From: Nitrospinota bacterium
GTDB taxonomy: Bacteria > Nitrospinota_A > UBA7883 > JBLYYQ01
Assembly: GCA_048550035.1 (NCBI GenBank)
Contig: JBLYYQ010000046.1
Location: forward strand, 1 to 35,140
Length of the DNA stretch: 35,140 nt
Reading direction: 5' to 3'
This document shows positions 1 through 10,483 of this stretch, in pieces. Below the pieces are notes generated by a model. It was not told the DNA's origin. It worked only from the letters and a program-made list of their open reading frames with translations, and ran no database searches. The translations under genes and the position numbers were made by a program. The stretch's first letter is position 1; the number at the start of each line of letters is the position of its first letter.

Positions 1-1
1 C

Positions 2-1009
2 TCTCTTGTTAAGGATAACTTTGGAGACAAAATAGTCACATGCCACACATTAGATGATTCAGTTGAAACCTCTATATTGTGGATGCTAAGGGGGGCAGGT
101 CCGAAAGCGTTTGGTGGCATCCCCCCTATCCGTGATGTTTATATTCGCCCTATCCTCAATACCGAGAAGAAAACCATCCTAGGATGGCTTAAGAAGGCAA
201 ATCTTACATACATCAGTGACCCATCTAACGAAACAGATCTCTATAGACGCAACCGTATCAGGCATAATATTATTCCAGAACTAGTAAAAGAAGAGCCAAC
301 TGCAGTACGATCAATTGCGAATCTTACTCAATTAATAAAAGCGCAATCTGATTATATAGAAAATGTGGCTGTTGAAAAGTTAAGAAAAGTTGAAAGAAAA
401 AATGGTCTTAATATTGATGAACTTCTCCAAGTCGAGATGACGATTCGTTATGCAATCTACAGACTTTTTGCAAGGAACAATGGTCTTGACGATCGAGTAT
501 TAACGAACAAGAAGCTAGCTGATCTTGATAAATTATTGATTGCAAAGAAGCTTGGTTCAACGGTTAATCTTTATCAAAATTTTTCATTCTGCCTTGATCA
601 TGATGGTCTCTATATCGAAAAAGGTTCAAATATAACCCAATCAATTTCTGAACCGTTTAAAATTCCACTTGAGCTAAAGATAGAATCGTTAGGAAAGTTG
701 ACCATTATGGCAAATTATAAAGCTGAAAGTAAATTCAATGTTGACCTTGATAAGATCAACCAGTTGAGTTCTTCTATCAGGCAGCGAATCGGAGGTGATT
801 ACCTGATAAATAATGGTCACCGTAAATCACTCAAAAAATATATGATCGAAAAATCTATTCCAGATAGGATTCGTCATAAATTACCACTTATTGTAGAGGG
901 TCAACAGGTGCTCCTAATACCTGGTTGGTTTATTTGTGAGCAGATAAAGGCCACTCCAATGAGTGATAATATATGTTCAGTTGAGTTTGAAATGGAAAGT
1001 GACAATTAA
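2..1009 (+). CDS. tilS: tRNA(Ile)-lysidine synthetase TilS, 5'-truncated by window edge
   Basis: Frame is open from position 2 (SLVKDNFGDKIVTCHTLDDSVETSILWMLRGAG), matching the TilS H-x-x-DD-x-x-ET...RG-x-G motif. Also IRPIL, DPSN...RNRIRH and the C-terminal KSLKKYMIEKSIP..IRHKLPLI of the TilS C domain. Confidence 0.93.
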   Translation, partial: SLVKDNFGDKIVTCHTLDDSVETSILWMLRGAGPKAFGGIPPIRDVYIRPILNTEKKTILGWLKKANLTYISDPSNETDLYRRNRIRHNIIPELVKEEPTAVRSIANLTQLIKAQSDYIENVAVEKLRKVERKNGLNIDELLQVEMTIRYAIYRLFARNNGLDDRVLTNKKLADLDKLLIAKKLGSTVNLYQNFSFCLDHDGLYIEKGSNITQSISEPFKIPLELKIESLGKLTIMANYKAESKFNVDLDKINQLSSSIRQRIGGDYLINNGHRKSLKKYMIEKSIPDRIRHKLPLIVEGQQVLLIPGWFICEQIKATPMSDNICSVEFEMESDN

Positions 1010-1017
1010 GCAGTTAA

Positions 1018-2694
1018 TTATAGATCCATTTTCATAATTCTATTGGCACCTAGCTTTAGCGAGAGAATAGTTACTAACAAGAATAGTAGTGTTAGTAATA
1101 TAAAATGTAATTCGACCATATCATTTGGCAAATTTCTATTTAAGTAAGCATTGAGTAGATAAATTCTAACCGGCTGTGCGATTAAAGCTACGGTAAGTGC
1201 CGAGAGCAGCAGACCTAACATCATAAAAATCATCGCCGCTGGAGTAGTTCCAATTTCTGCCTGATTTTCATAATTAAAGTATGGAACCATTGCCCCAAAT
1301 CCAATCCCGAGCCCTGTCATTGCTATTGATAGACCTAGTGCGACAATAGATGAGAGGATCATAATATATTGGTCAACATCTAGTAGCCAATTTGAAACTA
1401 CAACTATAATTTGAGCCATTACAACTACCGGTATAAGATATAAGAAAAACTTTGCGATAAGATAGCTAAACGGATTAATAGGTGCAGATTTTATAATCCA
1501 AAATGATTCTCCTTCAAAGGAGACCGCTCCAAAGACAAATCGAGCAGAGATAGCAGTAAGCAATACTCCTGATAGCCCTATATTTGCAACTGCAATCAGG
1601 TTTTTAAGATAGACTGTTTCGACAGGCAAGTTTTTAATATTAAATATGTAGACTGCGACTAACGCTGCGAGCATAAAAAGTTGCGACCACTGTCCTGCCT
1701 CACGCCAAAAGAGTTTTATATCTTTAATAGAATGACTTTTAATCATAGCTCCAAATGGAGTTAGAATTTTGTCAATGATTCGATAAAAAAGATTTTCATT
1801 GCCGGTTGTCATTATCTCTTTTGAACCATAAGAGTTTGCCCACCCTTGCAGGTAGTACGCTTTTGCAATAAAGTATGCAACTATTAATGCTATCATAGCA
1901 TAAGTAATGAGCCATCCAAGTTGCATGAAATATGAATTCCAGTCATAAAATGCAGCATATTTTAGTCCAGAAGTCAACATTGAGGATGGGAGCCAAATTA
2001 AATCTGGTATTTTCAAACTCTCTACATATTCAATGATCATTTCATCTGGGATATCTTGTCTAAAGTACTTTTCAGGTTTAGTAAATCGGAGAAATAGTAC
2101 AATAGCTCCAATAAAAGCAACGCCAAGTGATAATAATATCTGATAAGTCTGCCGGACAGGTGCATATCGAACGAGTAGCATAACAATCAACGAAGCAGCA
2201 ACAGCAGGAAATATGATAAACGGTATTAGAATTGTAATCATCGCAGGATAATACCAATACGAGGCAAAATAGAGGTTGCCATATGCAACAAAAATTGGGA
2301 TCCCGAACAATATTGCCATCCAAGACGACCTACTGATAGACATCAATAAGCGTGCGAAATAGAGTCGCCACGAAGTAATTGGTGACGAGCAGAGTAGCTC
2401 TAGATCTTTAGCAATATATAAGGTTGATAATGATGCAATTATGTTAGAAAAAAATAACATTCCAAAAATCATCAAAACTAATGTATTTAATAACTGTATG
2501 ATCAACAGTTCACCTACATCTAATGGAAGATTATCAAGATGTCTAATTAAACGGCTGAAAACGATATACTCACCTGTCACAAATAGTGCAACAAACGTTG
2601 CTAAGAGAAGGTAGCGCAATTTAGAGTTGCGATCTTTGCTGACCTGATTATACAAAATTTTTAATCGTAATTTTAGTAACATATCAAATTTCAT
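1018..2694 (-). CDS. Putative ABC transporter permease (large polytopic membrane protein, two ABC-2-like halves)
   Basis: 558 aa with many hydrophobic segments; DLELLCSSPI and SFEGESFWIIKSAPI...AKF motifs are typical of ABC-2-like permeases. Confidence 0.75.
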   Translation of the reverse strand: MKFDMLLKLRLKILYNQVSKDRNSKLRYLLLATFVALFVTGEYIVFSRLIRHLDNLPLDVGELLIIQLLNTLVLMIFGMLFFSNIIASLSTLYIAKDLELLCSSPITSWRLYFARLLMSISRSSWMAILFGIPIFVAYGNLYFASYWYYPAMITILIPFIIFPAVAASLIVMLLVRYAPVRQTYQILLSLGVAFIGAIVLFLRFTKPEKYFRQDIPDEMIIEYVESLKIPDLIWLPSSMLTSGLKYAAFYDWNSYFMQLGWLITYAMIALIVAYFIAKAYYLQGWANSYGSKEIMTTGNENLFYRIIDKILTPFGAMIKSHSIKDIKLFWREAGQWSQLFMLAALVAVYIFNIKNLPVETVYLKNLIAVANIGLSGVLLTAISARFVFGAVSFEGESFWIIKSAPINPFSYLIAKFFLYLIPVVVMAQIIVVVSNWLLDVDQYIMILSSIVALGLSIAMTGLGIGFGAMVPYFNYENQAEIGTTPAAMIFMMLGLLLSALTVALIAQPVRIYLLNAYLNRNLPNDMVELHFILLTLLFLLVTILSLKLGANRIMKMDL

Positions 2695-2886
2695 TTATTA
2701 AATCTTAAACAAAGCAGTATCTTTATGATAGATTTTAAATAGGGCTAGAGTCGATTCAGTCACAATAGTATTATATTTCATTTAGAGTTTAAAGTAGCTA
2801 AAAAAAGACAAATATGCGATTATTTGTAGAGAAAGAAGCCCTCCTTTAGTCGAGGAAATATTAATATTTAGTAGCATAAGGTATCT

Positions 2887-3282
2887 ATGTTTGGTTTTGG
2901 CATACAAGAGATTGTAATAATTCTTGCAGTTGCACTGATATTTGTAGGTCCGAAGAGGATTCCTGAGGTTGCAAGAACACTTGGCAAGATCTACTTTGAA
3001 CTTACTCGCCATATTGATGATGCAAAAAGTGCACTAGGTCAAATAAGTAGTGATGTCCAGAGTGAGCTTAATCCTTTTGACGACGAGAGTTCAAGCTCTA
3101 GTTTAAGCCCTGCTAGCATTAAAGAGAGTATCACAACTGAATTTAAAGGGGCACTAGAAGATATTGATATAGGAGATCATATTTCTGATGAGCCTAGTCA
3201 GAACGATTCTATTGAAAATGAGGTTGAAATAATTGATACCGACACTCCACCGACCGAAAAGGGAAAGAATAAAAAAGATTAA
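2887..3282 (+). CDS. tatB: Twin-arginine translocase subunit, TatB-like (TatA/B family)
   Basis: MFGFGIQEIVIILAVALIFVGPKRIPEVARTLGK: TM helix with Glu8, GP hinge and amphipathic helix, then an acidic tail. AAGG upstream. Confidence 0.8.
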   Translation: MFGFGIQEIVIILAVALIFVGPKRIPEVARTLGKIYFELTRHIDDAKSALGQISSDVQSELNPFDDESSSSSLSPASIKESITTEFKGALEDIDIGDHISDEPSQNDSIENEVEIIDTDTPPTEKGKNKKD

Positions 3283-3344
3283 TAAAGTTTAAATTACGGT
3301 ATAATTCCTTGTTGGAAAGTTAAAATATTTATCTGGTAAGTACT

Positions 3345-3467
3345 ATGAAGAAAATAACATCCGTCGCTCTTAGACTACTAACATACTTTGCAACACTCAT
3401 ATCACTGAATTCTCTCTTTATCATTTATATTCAAGAGAAAGAGAGAATATCAACGAATGCAAAATAG
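3345..3467 (+). CDS. Candidate 40-aa small membrane protein (not in ORF track)
   Basis: ATG..TAG gives MKKITSVALRLLTYFATLISLNSLFIIYIQEKERISTNAK: basic N-terminus, ~20-aa hydrophobic stretch, charged tail. Only a weak RBS (GGTAAG). Confidence 0.3.
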   Translation: MKKITSVALRLLTYFATLISLNSLFIIYIQEKERISTNAK

Positions 3468-3552
3468 ACAATAGTAAATCATGCCTATTTTTATATTCTG
3501 GATAACTTATGTCGGTAATTTGATGCCAAGCTATAGTTTTGTCAGCTAGATT

Positions 3553-4020
3553 ATGACTCAAACAGTTAATATTGATGATGAAGATGTAGGTAAGATTGGT
3601 GCAAAACCTATATTGCTAGTAATAGGAAAGGATATCGGTTTTTCTGATGAATTGATCCAATATGCAATAGATCTTAGTACTCGTATGAACTATGAAATTC
3701 TTGCAGTTAACATTTATCAATACAATATAATCCGTAAGTTTTTTTCAGCCGATATCATAAAAATTGCAAGTGAAGATTTAATAAAATCTCAACGTGATAA
3801 AGGTGTTGCAATCTTTAAAGCTAGGGCTAGTAACCAGAATATTAAATTTGAGTCCAAAGTGGTAGTAGCCGAATTAGATCAATTCCTGCAAGATATTGTA
3901 TCTGAACGTGATGATATTGATCTTGTAACTATTGAACCTAGTTATGTTCAAGAAAATAACGAAATCAGTGATAATCCTATCAGCTCAATCCCCACATTTA
4001 CTATTGTTCCGATGGAGTAA
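3553..4020 (+). CDS. Universal stress protein (USP)-like protein
   Basis: ILLVIG...SDELIQYAIDLSTRMNYEILAVNI and DIDLVTI fit the USP beta-alpha pattern; lies 9 nt upstream of a transporter. Confidence 0.6.
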   Translation: MTQTVNIDDEDVGKIGAKPILLVIGKDIGFSDELIQYAIDLSTRMNYEILAVNIYQYNIIRKFFSADIIKIASEDLIKSQRDKGVAIFKARASNQNIKFESKVVVAELDQFLQDIVSERDDIDLVTIEPSYVQENNEISDNPISSIPTFTIVPME

Positions 4021-4029
4021 TTACTACTT

Positions 4030-5880
4030 ATGGAACAGGCGTTAACTTTTGAAATCACATTAGTATTGATAGTTATTGTTATAGCAATATTTCTTTTTAT
4101 AACCGAGCTAGTCAGGGTTGATGTTGTGGCAATTATTATGATGGTATTGTTGCCTATATTAGGGCTAGTAACTCCAAGTGAGGCATTTAGTGGCTTCTCG
4201 TCAAATGCAGTAATATCAATCATTGCAGTTATAATAATTGGGGCAGGACTAGATAAAACCGGTCTAATGAATCGCGTGGCAGCACCTATAATAAGATTTT
4301 CAGGTGCTTCGCTACCTAGGTTAATTGCTGGTATTTCAGGAACGGTTGCGATAATCTCAAGCTTCATGCAAAATATAGGTGCAGCTGCCCTATTTATGCC
4401 AGCAACAATGCGAGTCTCACGACAACTAAATATCCCACTGTCGAAACTTTTAATGCCAATGGGCTTTTGTGCTATATTAGGCGGGACAGTCACATTAGTT
4501 GGCTCATCGCCCCTCATACTCTTGAACGATCTTTTAGCAACTGCCAACCTAGAGCCGTTTGGGCTCTTTTCTGTAACACCGATCGGACTACTGTTAGTTG
4601 CTGCTGGGATAGGATACTTTATAATATTAGGACCTATAATATTACCAGCTAAGAGAACAACTTCAGGTGAACAGGTAGGTGGTTCGTTAAAACTATTAGC
4701 AAAGTATAGTGCATCTCTAAAAGTATTTGAGCTTATTGCTACCGACGATTTAAAGTTTAAGAGTAAAACATTAAAGGAACTAAATAGTCGCGAAATGTTT
4801 TTTGTAACTGTGGTTGCAATAAAAAATAAGAATTCCAATGAGATTATCGTATCGCCAAGTCAGGCTAACCAGATAAGTAAAGGTGATCTAATTGGAGTAT
4901 TAGGTCATATTGATAATGTCAAACAGCTTGCTGACTACTATGGATTTCAAATCAAGCCGAAATTGGATATTTTTGAACGAGCGCTTGATAATACAAATAC
5001 TGGTTATCTTGAAGCAATTATATCACCTGAAAGTAGTCTGATCGGCAAAACATTGCGCCAAAATAAGTTTATCCACAATTTTGGAATATCAACAACAGCA
5101 ATCTATAGAAAAGGAAAAGTATTTCGTGGTTCACACGTCAATATTCCACTCCAAGTTGGTGATACTCTGCTCTTATATGGTACTTGGCATTCATTTGTGA
5201 AGCTGAAAAACTCATCTGATCTATTGCTCCCTTCTGCTGATTCCATACAAGACATCTTTGAAGTTCATAAGATGAAGACAGCGCTATTCTCATTTGGAGT
5301 AGCCTTAACATTACTCTTCTCAAAAGGACTGTTTGCAACATATTTAGGAATCGAATTAACGCTCTCTGTATGCCTTATGACTGGTGCATTACTTATGATC
5401 TTGACAAAAACGCTCTCTGTTGACGATGCATATAAGGCGGTAGATTGGCGAACTATCTTTTTGCTAGCTGGATTGATACCACTTGGGTTAGCAACACAAA
5501 AATCTAAAGCTGCAGAGTATATAGCAAATATGGTCCTAAATGGGTTAGGTGATATATCACCATTGATGCTACTACTTGTGATTGCAGTGATGTCGACACT
5601 ATTTACATTGGTAATATCTAATGTTGGCGCAACTGTCCTACTGGTGCCGATCGCAATTAGTATGGCACAAAATGCCAATACGGATCCTAGGATAGCAGCA
5701 TTGGTTGTAGGGCTTGCAGTTTCTAATTCGTTTATACTCCCGACACATCAGGTTAATGCACTTATGATGGGTCCTGGTCGATATACAACTCTCGATTTTG
5801 TGAGAGCAGGTGGAGGGATGTCGATCCTATTTATAGTCATTATGCTATTTGGACTATGGGCATTCTATGGAATCACTTAA
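4030..5880 (+). CDS. SLC13/CitMHS-family di/tricarboxylate or sulfate transporter with two TrkA-C (RCK_C) domains
   Basis: RVDVVA...EAFSGFSS, SSFMQNIGA, LGGTVTLVGSSP, central soluble TrkA-C repeats, VDWRTIFLLAGLIPLG, ISNVGA, PTHQVNALMMGPGRY. Confidence 0.9.
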   Translation: MEQALTFEITLVLIVIVIAIFLFITELVRVDVVAIIMMVLLPILGLVTPSEAFSGFSSNAVISIIAVIIIGAGLDKTGLMNRVAAPIIRFSGASLPRLIAGISGTVAIISSFMQNIGAAALFMPATMRVSRQLNIPLSKLLMPMGFCAILGGTVTLVGSSPLILLNDLLATANLEPFGLFSVTPIGLLLVAAGIGYFIILGPIILPAKRTTSGEQVGGSLKLLAKYSASLKVFELIATDDLKFKSKTLKELNSREMFFVTVVAIKNKNSNEIIVSPSQANQISKGDLIGVLGHIDNVKQLADYYGFQIKPKLDIFERALDNTNTGYLEAIISPESSLIGKTLRQNKFIHNFGISTTAIYRKGKVFRGSHVNIPLQVGDTLLLYGTWHSFVKLKNSSDLLLPSADSIQDIFEVHKMKTALFSFGVALTLLFSKGLFATYLGIELTLSVCLMTGALLMILTKTLSVDDAYKAVDWRTIFLLAGLIPLGLATQKSKAAEYIANMVLNGLGDISPLMLLLVIAVMSTLFTLVISNVGATVLLVPIAISMAQNANTDPRIAALVVGLAVSNSFILPTHQVNALMMGPGRYTTLDFVRAGGGMSILFIVIMLFGLWAFYGIT

Positions 5881-5941
5881 ACTATAAGCCCCCTACTACA
5901 GAGAAAATAATTTAAGGGAAGTAAACCGGTATGATTAAAAT

Positions 5942-6355
5942 CTATGACTCGTCAGACTCTTTAATAATACGCCGCCGTTTTTTCGGAGCATGTGCTTCAT
6001 TTCTATCAACAAGCTCTATGATAGCCATTGGAGCGGCATCGCCATTTCTAATACCTAGCTTATAAATTCGAGTATACCCACCTGCCCTATCTTTATACCT
6101 GTCAGATAGTTCTGAAAAAATCTTTGCCACCACCGACTTGTCTCTCACAAATCCGGCCGCCTTCCTGCGAGTAGCAAGGGTTCCCTTCTTGCCGAGTGTA
6201 ATGATCTTCTCTGCAACACTTCGTAATTTCTTAGCACGGGGCAAGGTTGTTGTGATTCGCTCAATATCAAGTAACGATGTGGCCATGTTACGAAACATTG
6301 CCTTCCGATGACTACCGGACATATTAAAACGTTTTTTACTATTTAGATGACGCAT
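5942..6355 (-). CDS. rplQ: 50S ribosomal protein L17
   Basis: MRH...[13 protein letters not shown]...ITTTLPRAK...RAGGYTRI...[12 protein letters not shown]. Confidence 0.98.
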   Translation of the reverse strand: MRHLNSKKRFNMSGSHRKAMFRNMATSLLDIERITTTLPRAKKLRSVAEKIITLGKKGTLATRRKAAGFVRDKSVVAKIFSELSDRYKDRAGGYTRIYKLGIRNGDAAPMAIIELVDRNEAHAPKKRRRIIKESDES

Positions 6356-6379
6356 TGTTCTTGATCCTTATAACTTTCT

Positions 6380-7405
6380 CTACATCATAAAAGAGTTAGT
6401 ATCTTTTTCTAGGATATTAATCTCTTCTCTATATGCTTCAACATCCATTCCCAAGTTTAGCCCGAGCTCATTTAAAATCTCTTTGATCTCGTTTAATGAT
6501 TTGCGACCAAAATTTCTTGTCCTCAACATATCTGTTTCTGTTCTAGAAACCAGCTCTACAAGATTCTTGATGTTTGCATTTTTTAAACAGTTATAAGATC
6601 TAACTGAAAGCTCCAGCTCCTCTACATTTTTAAGAAGATTTTTTGCAATCTTGAGTCGCCCCTCGTTGATTTTGGCAACTGGCACCTCTTCTTCCTCTTC
6701 AAAATTAATGAAGATCTGCATATGATCTTTTATATTTTTAGCAGCAAGTGCAATCGCATCTTGTGGATTTATTGCACCGTTAGTAGTAACATCAATAATC
6801 AGTCTATCATAATCTGTCGACTGTTCTACCCTTGTCTTCTCCACTCTAAACGCAACATTGAGCACTGGTGAAAAAATCGCATCAACAGGGATAACATCTA
6901 TATCCCAATTAATATCAGAATGCTCTTCTGATGGTGAATAGCCTTGACCACTACGGACCAACATCTCAATTTTTAAACTTGCATTTGAATCTGTAATTGT
7001 CGCGATATGTGCTTTAGGATTAAGTATTTTAATCTGATCTGGCGTTTCAATCATCCCCGCAGTAACTTCGCCTTCTCCTGTTGCTTGTAACCTGATAAGC
7101 TTGTCTTCTTCATCAGAGCCCTCTTTAACCAATGATAACTGTTTTATGTTGAGTATAATCTCTGAAATATCTTCGACAATTCCGTCAATGGACGAAAACT
7201 CATGGAATATTCCTTCAAACTTAACTGCAACTACCGCAGAGCCTGTAATATAAGATAGCAAATGTCGCCTTAAAGAGTTGCCTATCGTTGTTCCTACTCC
7301 TCGCTCAAACGGTTCTGCTATAAACCGACCATAAGTATCTGTTTGACTCTTAAGATCAGTCTCTAATTTCCTTGGTTTAACCAACCTTCTTGAGGTTAGT
7401 AGCAT
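6380..7405 (-). CDS. rpoA: DNA-directed RNA polymerase subunit alpha
   Basis: [60 protein letters not shown]; AGGAG RBS. Confidence 0.99.
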   Translation of the reverse strand: MLLTSRRLVKPRKLETDLKSQTDTYGRFIAEPFERGVGTTIGNSLRRHLLSYITGSAVVAVKFEGIFHEFSSIDGIVEDISEIILNIKQLSLVKEGSDEEDKLIRLQATGEGEVTAGMIETPDQIKILNPKAHIATITDSNASLKIEMLVRSGQGYSPSEEHSDINWDIDVIPVDAIFSPVLNVAFRVEKTRVEQSTDYDRLIIDVTTNGAINPQDAIALAAKNIKDHMQIFINFEEEEEVPVAKINEGRLKIAKNLLKNVEELELSVRSYNCLKNANIKNLVELVSRTETDMLRTRNFGRKSLNEIKEILNELGLNLGMDVEAYREEINILEKDTNSFMM

Positions 7406-7426
7406 TTTATCTCCTTACTTAATAAT

Positions 7427-8053
7427 TTACTTTGAATAAAGCTCAACTATAAATCGTTCCTGAATAGGTGTTCTGACACTATCTCGTGTCGGAGCAGCTA
7501 ATAAAGTTATCGACATCTCATTTTTATCTAAAGCAAGCCACTCTGGTATTTGTGACTCTATAACATTATCAATAGCGCTTTTAAAAATATCTAGATTGCG
7601 GCTCTTCTCTTTTACTCGTATAACATCACCCTCTTTTAACAATATCGACGGAATATTTACCTTCTTACCATTTAATGTTAAATGGTTGTGAGATATAACT
7701 TGTCGCGATTGAACCTTTGATGTAACTAATCCAGCACGAGATAACACTGAATCAAAGCGTGATTCTAAAATTACAATCAAGTTCGTGCCAGTTACACCTT
7801 TTGCCCGATCCGCTCTCTTAAAGTAGATCCGAAACTGTTTCTCTAATACACCATACAACCGTTTGACCTTCTGCTTCTCTCGCAACTGAGTTCCATACTC
7901 TTTAACTTTGACTCTACTTAACCCAAACTGACCTGGTGCGAAATTGCGTTGCTCAATCGCACACTTGCTCGATACGCATCGTGTACCTTTTAAGAAAAGC
8001 TTTAGTCCCTCTCGTCTGCATAATCTACAAACAGAGCCTTTATATCTTGCCAA
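7427..8053 (-). CDS. rpsD: 30S ribosomal protein S4; likely TTG start at 8053 (ORF track start 8107 overlaps rpsK)
   Basis: (M)ARYKGSVCRLCRREG...PGQFG...QLREKQK...LESRFD...IVELYSK; GAGGG RBS just upstream of TTG at 8053. Confidence 0.97.
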   Translation of the reverse strand: MARYKGSVCRLCRREGLKLFLKGTRCVSSKCAIEQRNFAPGQFGLSRVKVKEYGTQLREKQKVKRLYGVLEKQFRIYFKRADRAKGVTGTNLIVILESRFDSVLSRAGLVTSKVQSRQVISHNHLTLNGKKVNIPSILLKEGDVIRVKEKSRNLDIFKSAIDNVIESQIPEWLALDKNEMSITLLAAPTRDSVRTPIQERFIVELYSK

Positions 8054-8072
8054 ATTACCCTCTCTAACCTTA

Positions 8073-8471
8073 TTAAACTCGTCGTCGTTTAGACGGTCTG
8101 CACCCATTATGTGGAATCGATGTTACATCTTTAATTGATTCTATTTCTAACCCTGCAGTCTGCAACGCACGAACCGCTGCTTCACGACCTGCTCCAGGTC
8201 CTTTCATATATACATCAACTTTACGCAACCCCATCGCTATCGCTTTCTTGGCAGCCGACTCAGCTGTAACCTGAGCTGCATATGGAGTCGACTTGCGTGA
8301 CCCTTTAAATCCTTCTGCTCCAGCTGCTGACCACGAAATAGTAGCTCCTGATGGATCGGTTAGCGTCACTATTGTATTATTGAAAGTAGAGCGTATATGA
8401 GCCACACCTACCGCTCCTACTGTCTTTGATCGCTTCTTACTTGACGCTTTTGTATCTTTCTTATCTGCCAT
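8073..8471 (-). CDS. rpsK: 30S ribosomal protein S11
   Basis: STFNNTIVT...[13 protein letters not shown]...GPGAGRE...[12 protein letters not shown]. Confidence 0.99.
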   Translation of the reverse strand: MADKKDTKASSKKRSKTVGAVGVAHIRSTFNNTIVTLTDPSGATISWSAAGAEGFKGSRKSTPYAAQVTAESAAKKAIAMGLRKVDVYMKGPGAGREAAVRALQTAGLEIESIKDVTSIPHNGCRPSKRRRV

Positions 8472-8489
8472 AATATCACCTAATGGTTG

Positions 8490-8873
8490 TTACTTTTTCT
8501 GTTCCTTACGTCGACCTGATCCTGAAGTCCGTTTTGGCCCTTTTCGTGTCCTAGCATTTGTCCTAGTCCGTTGACCTCTGACTGTCAATCCCTTACGATG
8601 ACGCAATCCTCGATAACAACCTATATCCATCAAGCGCTTAATATTCATCTGGGTTTCGCGCCGAAGATCGCCTTCTATCTGATACTGCTTCTCAATAATA
8701 CTTCGTAAATTATTTACATCACTATCTGTCAGATTTTTTACTCGCATGTTGGGGTCAACATTTGCTGCCTTTAATATCTTTTTAGATGTTGATAGTCCTA
8801 TCCCAAAAATATATGTTAACGCAATTTCGATCCGCTTTTGACGCGGAATATCTATTCCTCCAATACGTGCCAT
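8490..8873 (-). CDS. rpsM: 30S ribosomal protein S13
   Basis: [10 protein letters not shown]...LTYIFGIG...[26 protein letters not shown]. Confidence 0.99.
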   Translation of the reverse strand: MARIGGIDIPRQKRIEIALTYIFGIGLSTSKKILKAANVDPNMRVKNLTDSDVNNLRSIIEKQYQIEGDLRRETQMNIKRLMDIGCYRGLRHRKGLTVRGQRTRTNARTRKGPKRTSGSGRRKEQKK

Positions 8874-8887
8874 ACTAATTAATTTCC

Positions 8888-9001
8888 TTATCCTTGTCGC
8901 TGCTTATGTTTTGGGTTCTCGCATATAACACGAATGACTCCTTTGCGTTTCACTACCTTGCACTTATCGCACATAGGTTTAACCGACGCTCGTACCTTCA
9001 T
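8888..9001 (-). CDS. rpmJ: 50S ribosomal protein L36 (below ORF-track length cutoff)
   Basis: Manual translation [37 protein letters not shown], in the canonical position before rpsM. Confidence 0.98.
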   Translation of the reverse strand: MKVRASVKPMCDKCKVVKRKGVIRVICENPKHKQRQG

Positions 9002-9039
9002 ATCTCTCTCGCTCTAAACTTTGCTCAATAAAACCATTG

Positions 9040-9067
9040 ATTTTAACATATATTTTTAACAATTCAA
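9040..9067 (-). promoter_or_regulatory. Putative sigma70 promoter for rpmJ-alpha operon
   Basis: Minus strand TTGAAT-16 nt-TAAAAT with a TG extended -10, in the 71-bp map/rpmJ gap. Confidence 0.5.
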
Positions 9068-9072
9068 CTCTT

Positions 9073-9825
9073 TTAATTAAATTCGCTCAATATTATTGCT
9101 TCACCATCTAATAATGCCACTGAATGCTCAAAATGTGCTGACAACTTGCCATCGGTAGTCACTGCAGTCCAGTCGTCATCTAAAATTTCAATGTCGGCAA
9201 CACCCTCATTTACCATCGGTTCAATTGCAAGAACAATCCCATCCTTTAACTTCACTCCATGACCTGGTGGACCAAAATTTGGAACCTGTGGATCTTCATG
9301 AGGTGATACACCTATACCATGACCTACAAAAGATTTTACCACTGAATAGTTATGACTTTCCACATAAGATTGAATAGCATGAGAAATATCACTTAACCTG
9401 CCACCTGCTTTTATCTTACTTATCCCTTGATACAAAGATTCTCTCGTTACATTAATTAAATCTTGCGCTTTAGATGATATCTTCCCGACAGCTATTGTCT
9501 GCGCGGCATCGCCATAATAACCTTTACATTCCACTCCAAGGTCAAGACCTACAATGTCACCAGCTTGTAATTCCCGATCACTAGGAATGCCATGCACAAC
9601 CTGATCGTTGATAGCAACACATAGCGTCGCTGGAAATCCTCTATAACCCTTGAATGATGGGCGACCGTTCAGATCTAAAATAAGTTCTTCTGCCTCTTTA
9701 TCTAACTGCTTAGTAGTAACACCAGGTTTCACCAGCTGCTCTAAATGTTTGTGCGCTGCTACTACAATCTGATTTGCAACACGCAATTTTTCAATCTCCT
9801 CTGCTGTACGATAACTAATAGCCAT
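9073..9825 (-). CDS. map: Type I methionine aminopeptidase
   Basis: VVHGIP, GDIVGLD...GYYGD, GHGIG...HEDP, AIEPM, SAHFEHSV. Confidence 0.98.
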   Translation of the reverse strand: MAISYRTAEEIEKLRVANQIVVAAHKHLEQLVKPGVTTKQLDKEAEELILDLNGRPSFKGYRGFPATLCVAINDQVVHGIPSDRELQAGDIVGLDLGVECKGYYGDAAQTIAVGKISSKAQDLINVTRESLYQGISKIKAGGRLSDISHAIQSYVESHNYSVVKSFVGHGIGVSPHEDPQVPNFGPPGHGVKLKDGIVLAIEPMVNEGVADIEILDDDWTAVTTDGKLSAHFEHSVALLDGEAIILSEFN

Positions 9826-10472
9826 TAATCGCCTTTTATCAAAGTTTCTATCTGTTTTGTCAGCTGATCAATCGCAATAGCGCCATCAAATTTATGGTAA
9901 ATTCCTTGATCGCTATAGTAAGCATTCAAAGCATCAGATTGATCCTTATAAAGATTGTAACGCTTCTTAATGGTCTCCTCTACATCATCAGCTCGTTGGT
10001 ATAGTTTGCCTCCACAGTTATCACAAAAACCATCTTTACTTGGAGGGAGAAACTCTATATGCCACATCTGTGAACACGATTCACATATCCTACGCCCTGT
10101 AATACGCCTTACCAACTCATCTAGTTCGACATTAATATCTATTACATAATCTATCTTATCACCTTTGTTATCAAGCATTTCACTTAATACTTTAGCTTGT
10201 GTAACTGTTCTTGGAAATCCGTCTAGTAGGTAGCCTGATTTGCAATCAAAATGATCTAACCGCTCGTTGATAACATTAATAATTATACTATCTGAAACCA
10301 GTTGACCAGACTCCATGATGCTCTTGATTTCTAATCCGATCTTAGTTTTATTTGCAACCGCTACTCTTAAGATATCACCGGTTGATATTTGGGGTATATT
10401 ATAGGCAGCACAGATCTTCTTAGCTTGTGTTCCTTTGCCTGCCCCTGGTGGACCTAAAAAAATTATACGCAT
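9825..10472 (-). CDS. adk: Adenylate kinase with Cys4 zinc LID
   Basis: GPPGAGKGTQA, ISTGDILR, LDGFPRT, CESC...CDNC, QRADD. Confidence 0.98.
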   Translation of the reverse strand: MRIIFLGPPGAGKGTQAKKICAAYNIPQISTGDILRVAVANKTKIGLEIKSIMESGQLVSDSIIINVINERLDHFDCKSGYLLDGFPRTVTQAKVLSEMLDNKGDKIDYVIDINVELDELVRRITGRRICESCSQMWHIEFLPPSKDGFCDNCGGKLYQRADDVEETIKKRYNLYKDQSDALNAYYSDQGIYHKFDGAIAIDQLTKQIETLIKGD

Positions 10473-10483
10473 ATTGTTGCCTC

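Noticed and set aside
2782-3012. 76-aa minus-strand ORF with cysteines
   Set aside because: Overlaps tatB antisense, with no motif or RBS support.
3948-5678. Long antisense ORFs 3948-4838 and 5265-5678 plus short overlapping ORFs
   Set aside because: Shadows of the well-supported SLC13 gene; no recognisable motifs.
5881-5941. Intrinsic terminator between convergent SLC13 gene and rplQ
   Set aside because: Only a weak CCCT/AGGG pairing with a long loop and no U-tract arrangement.
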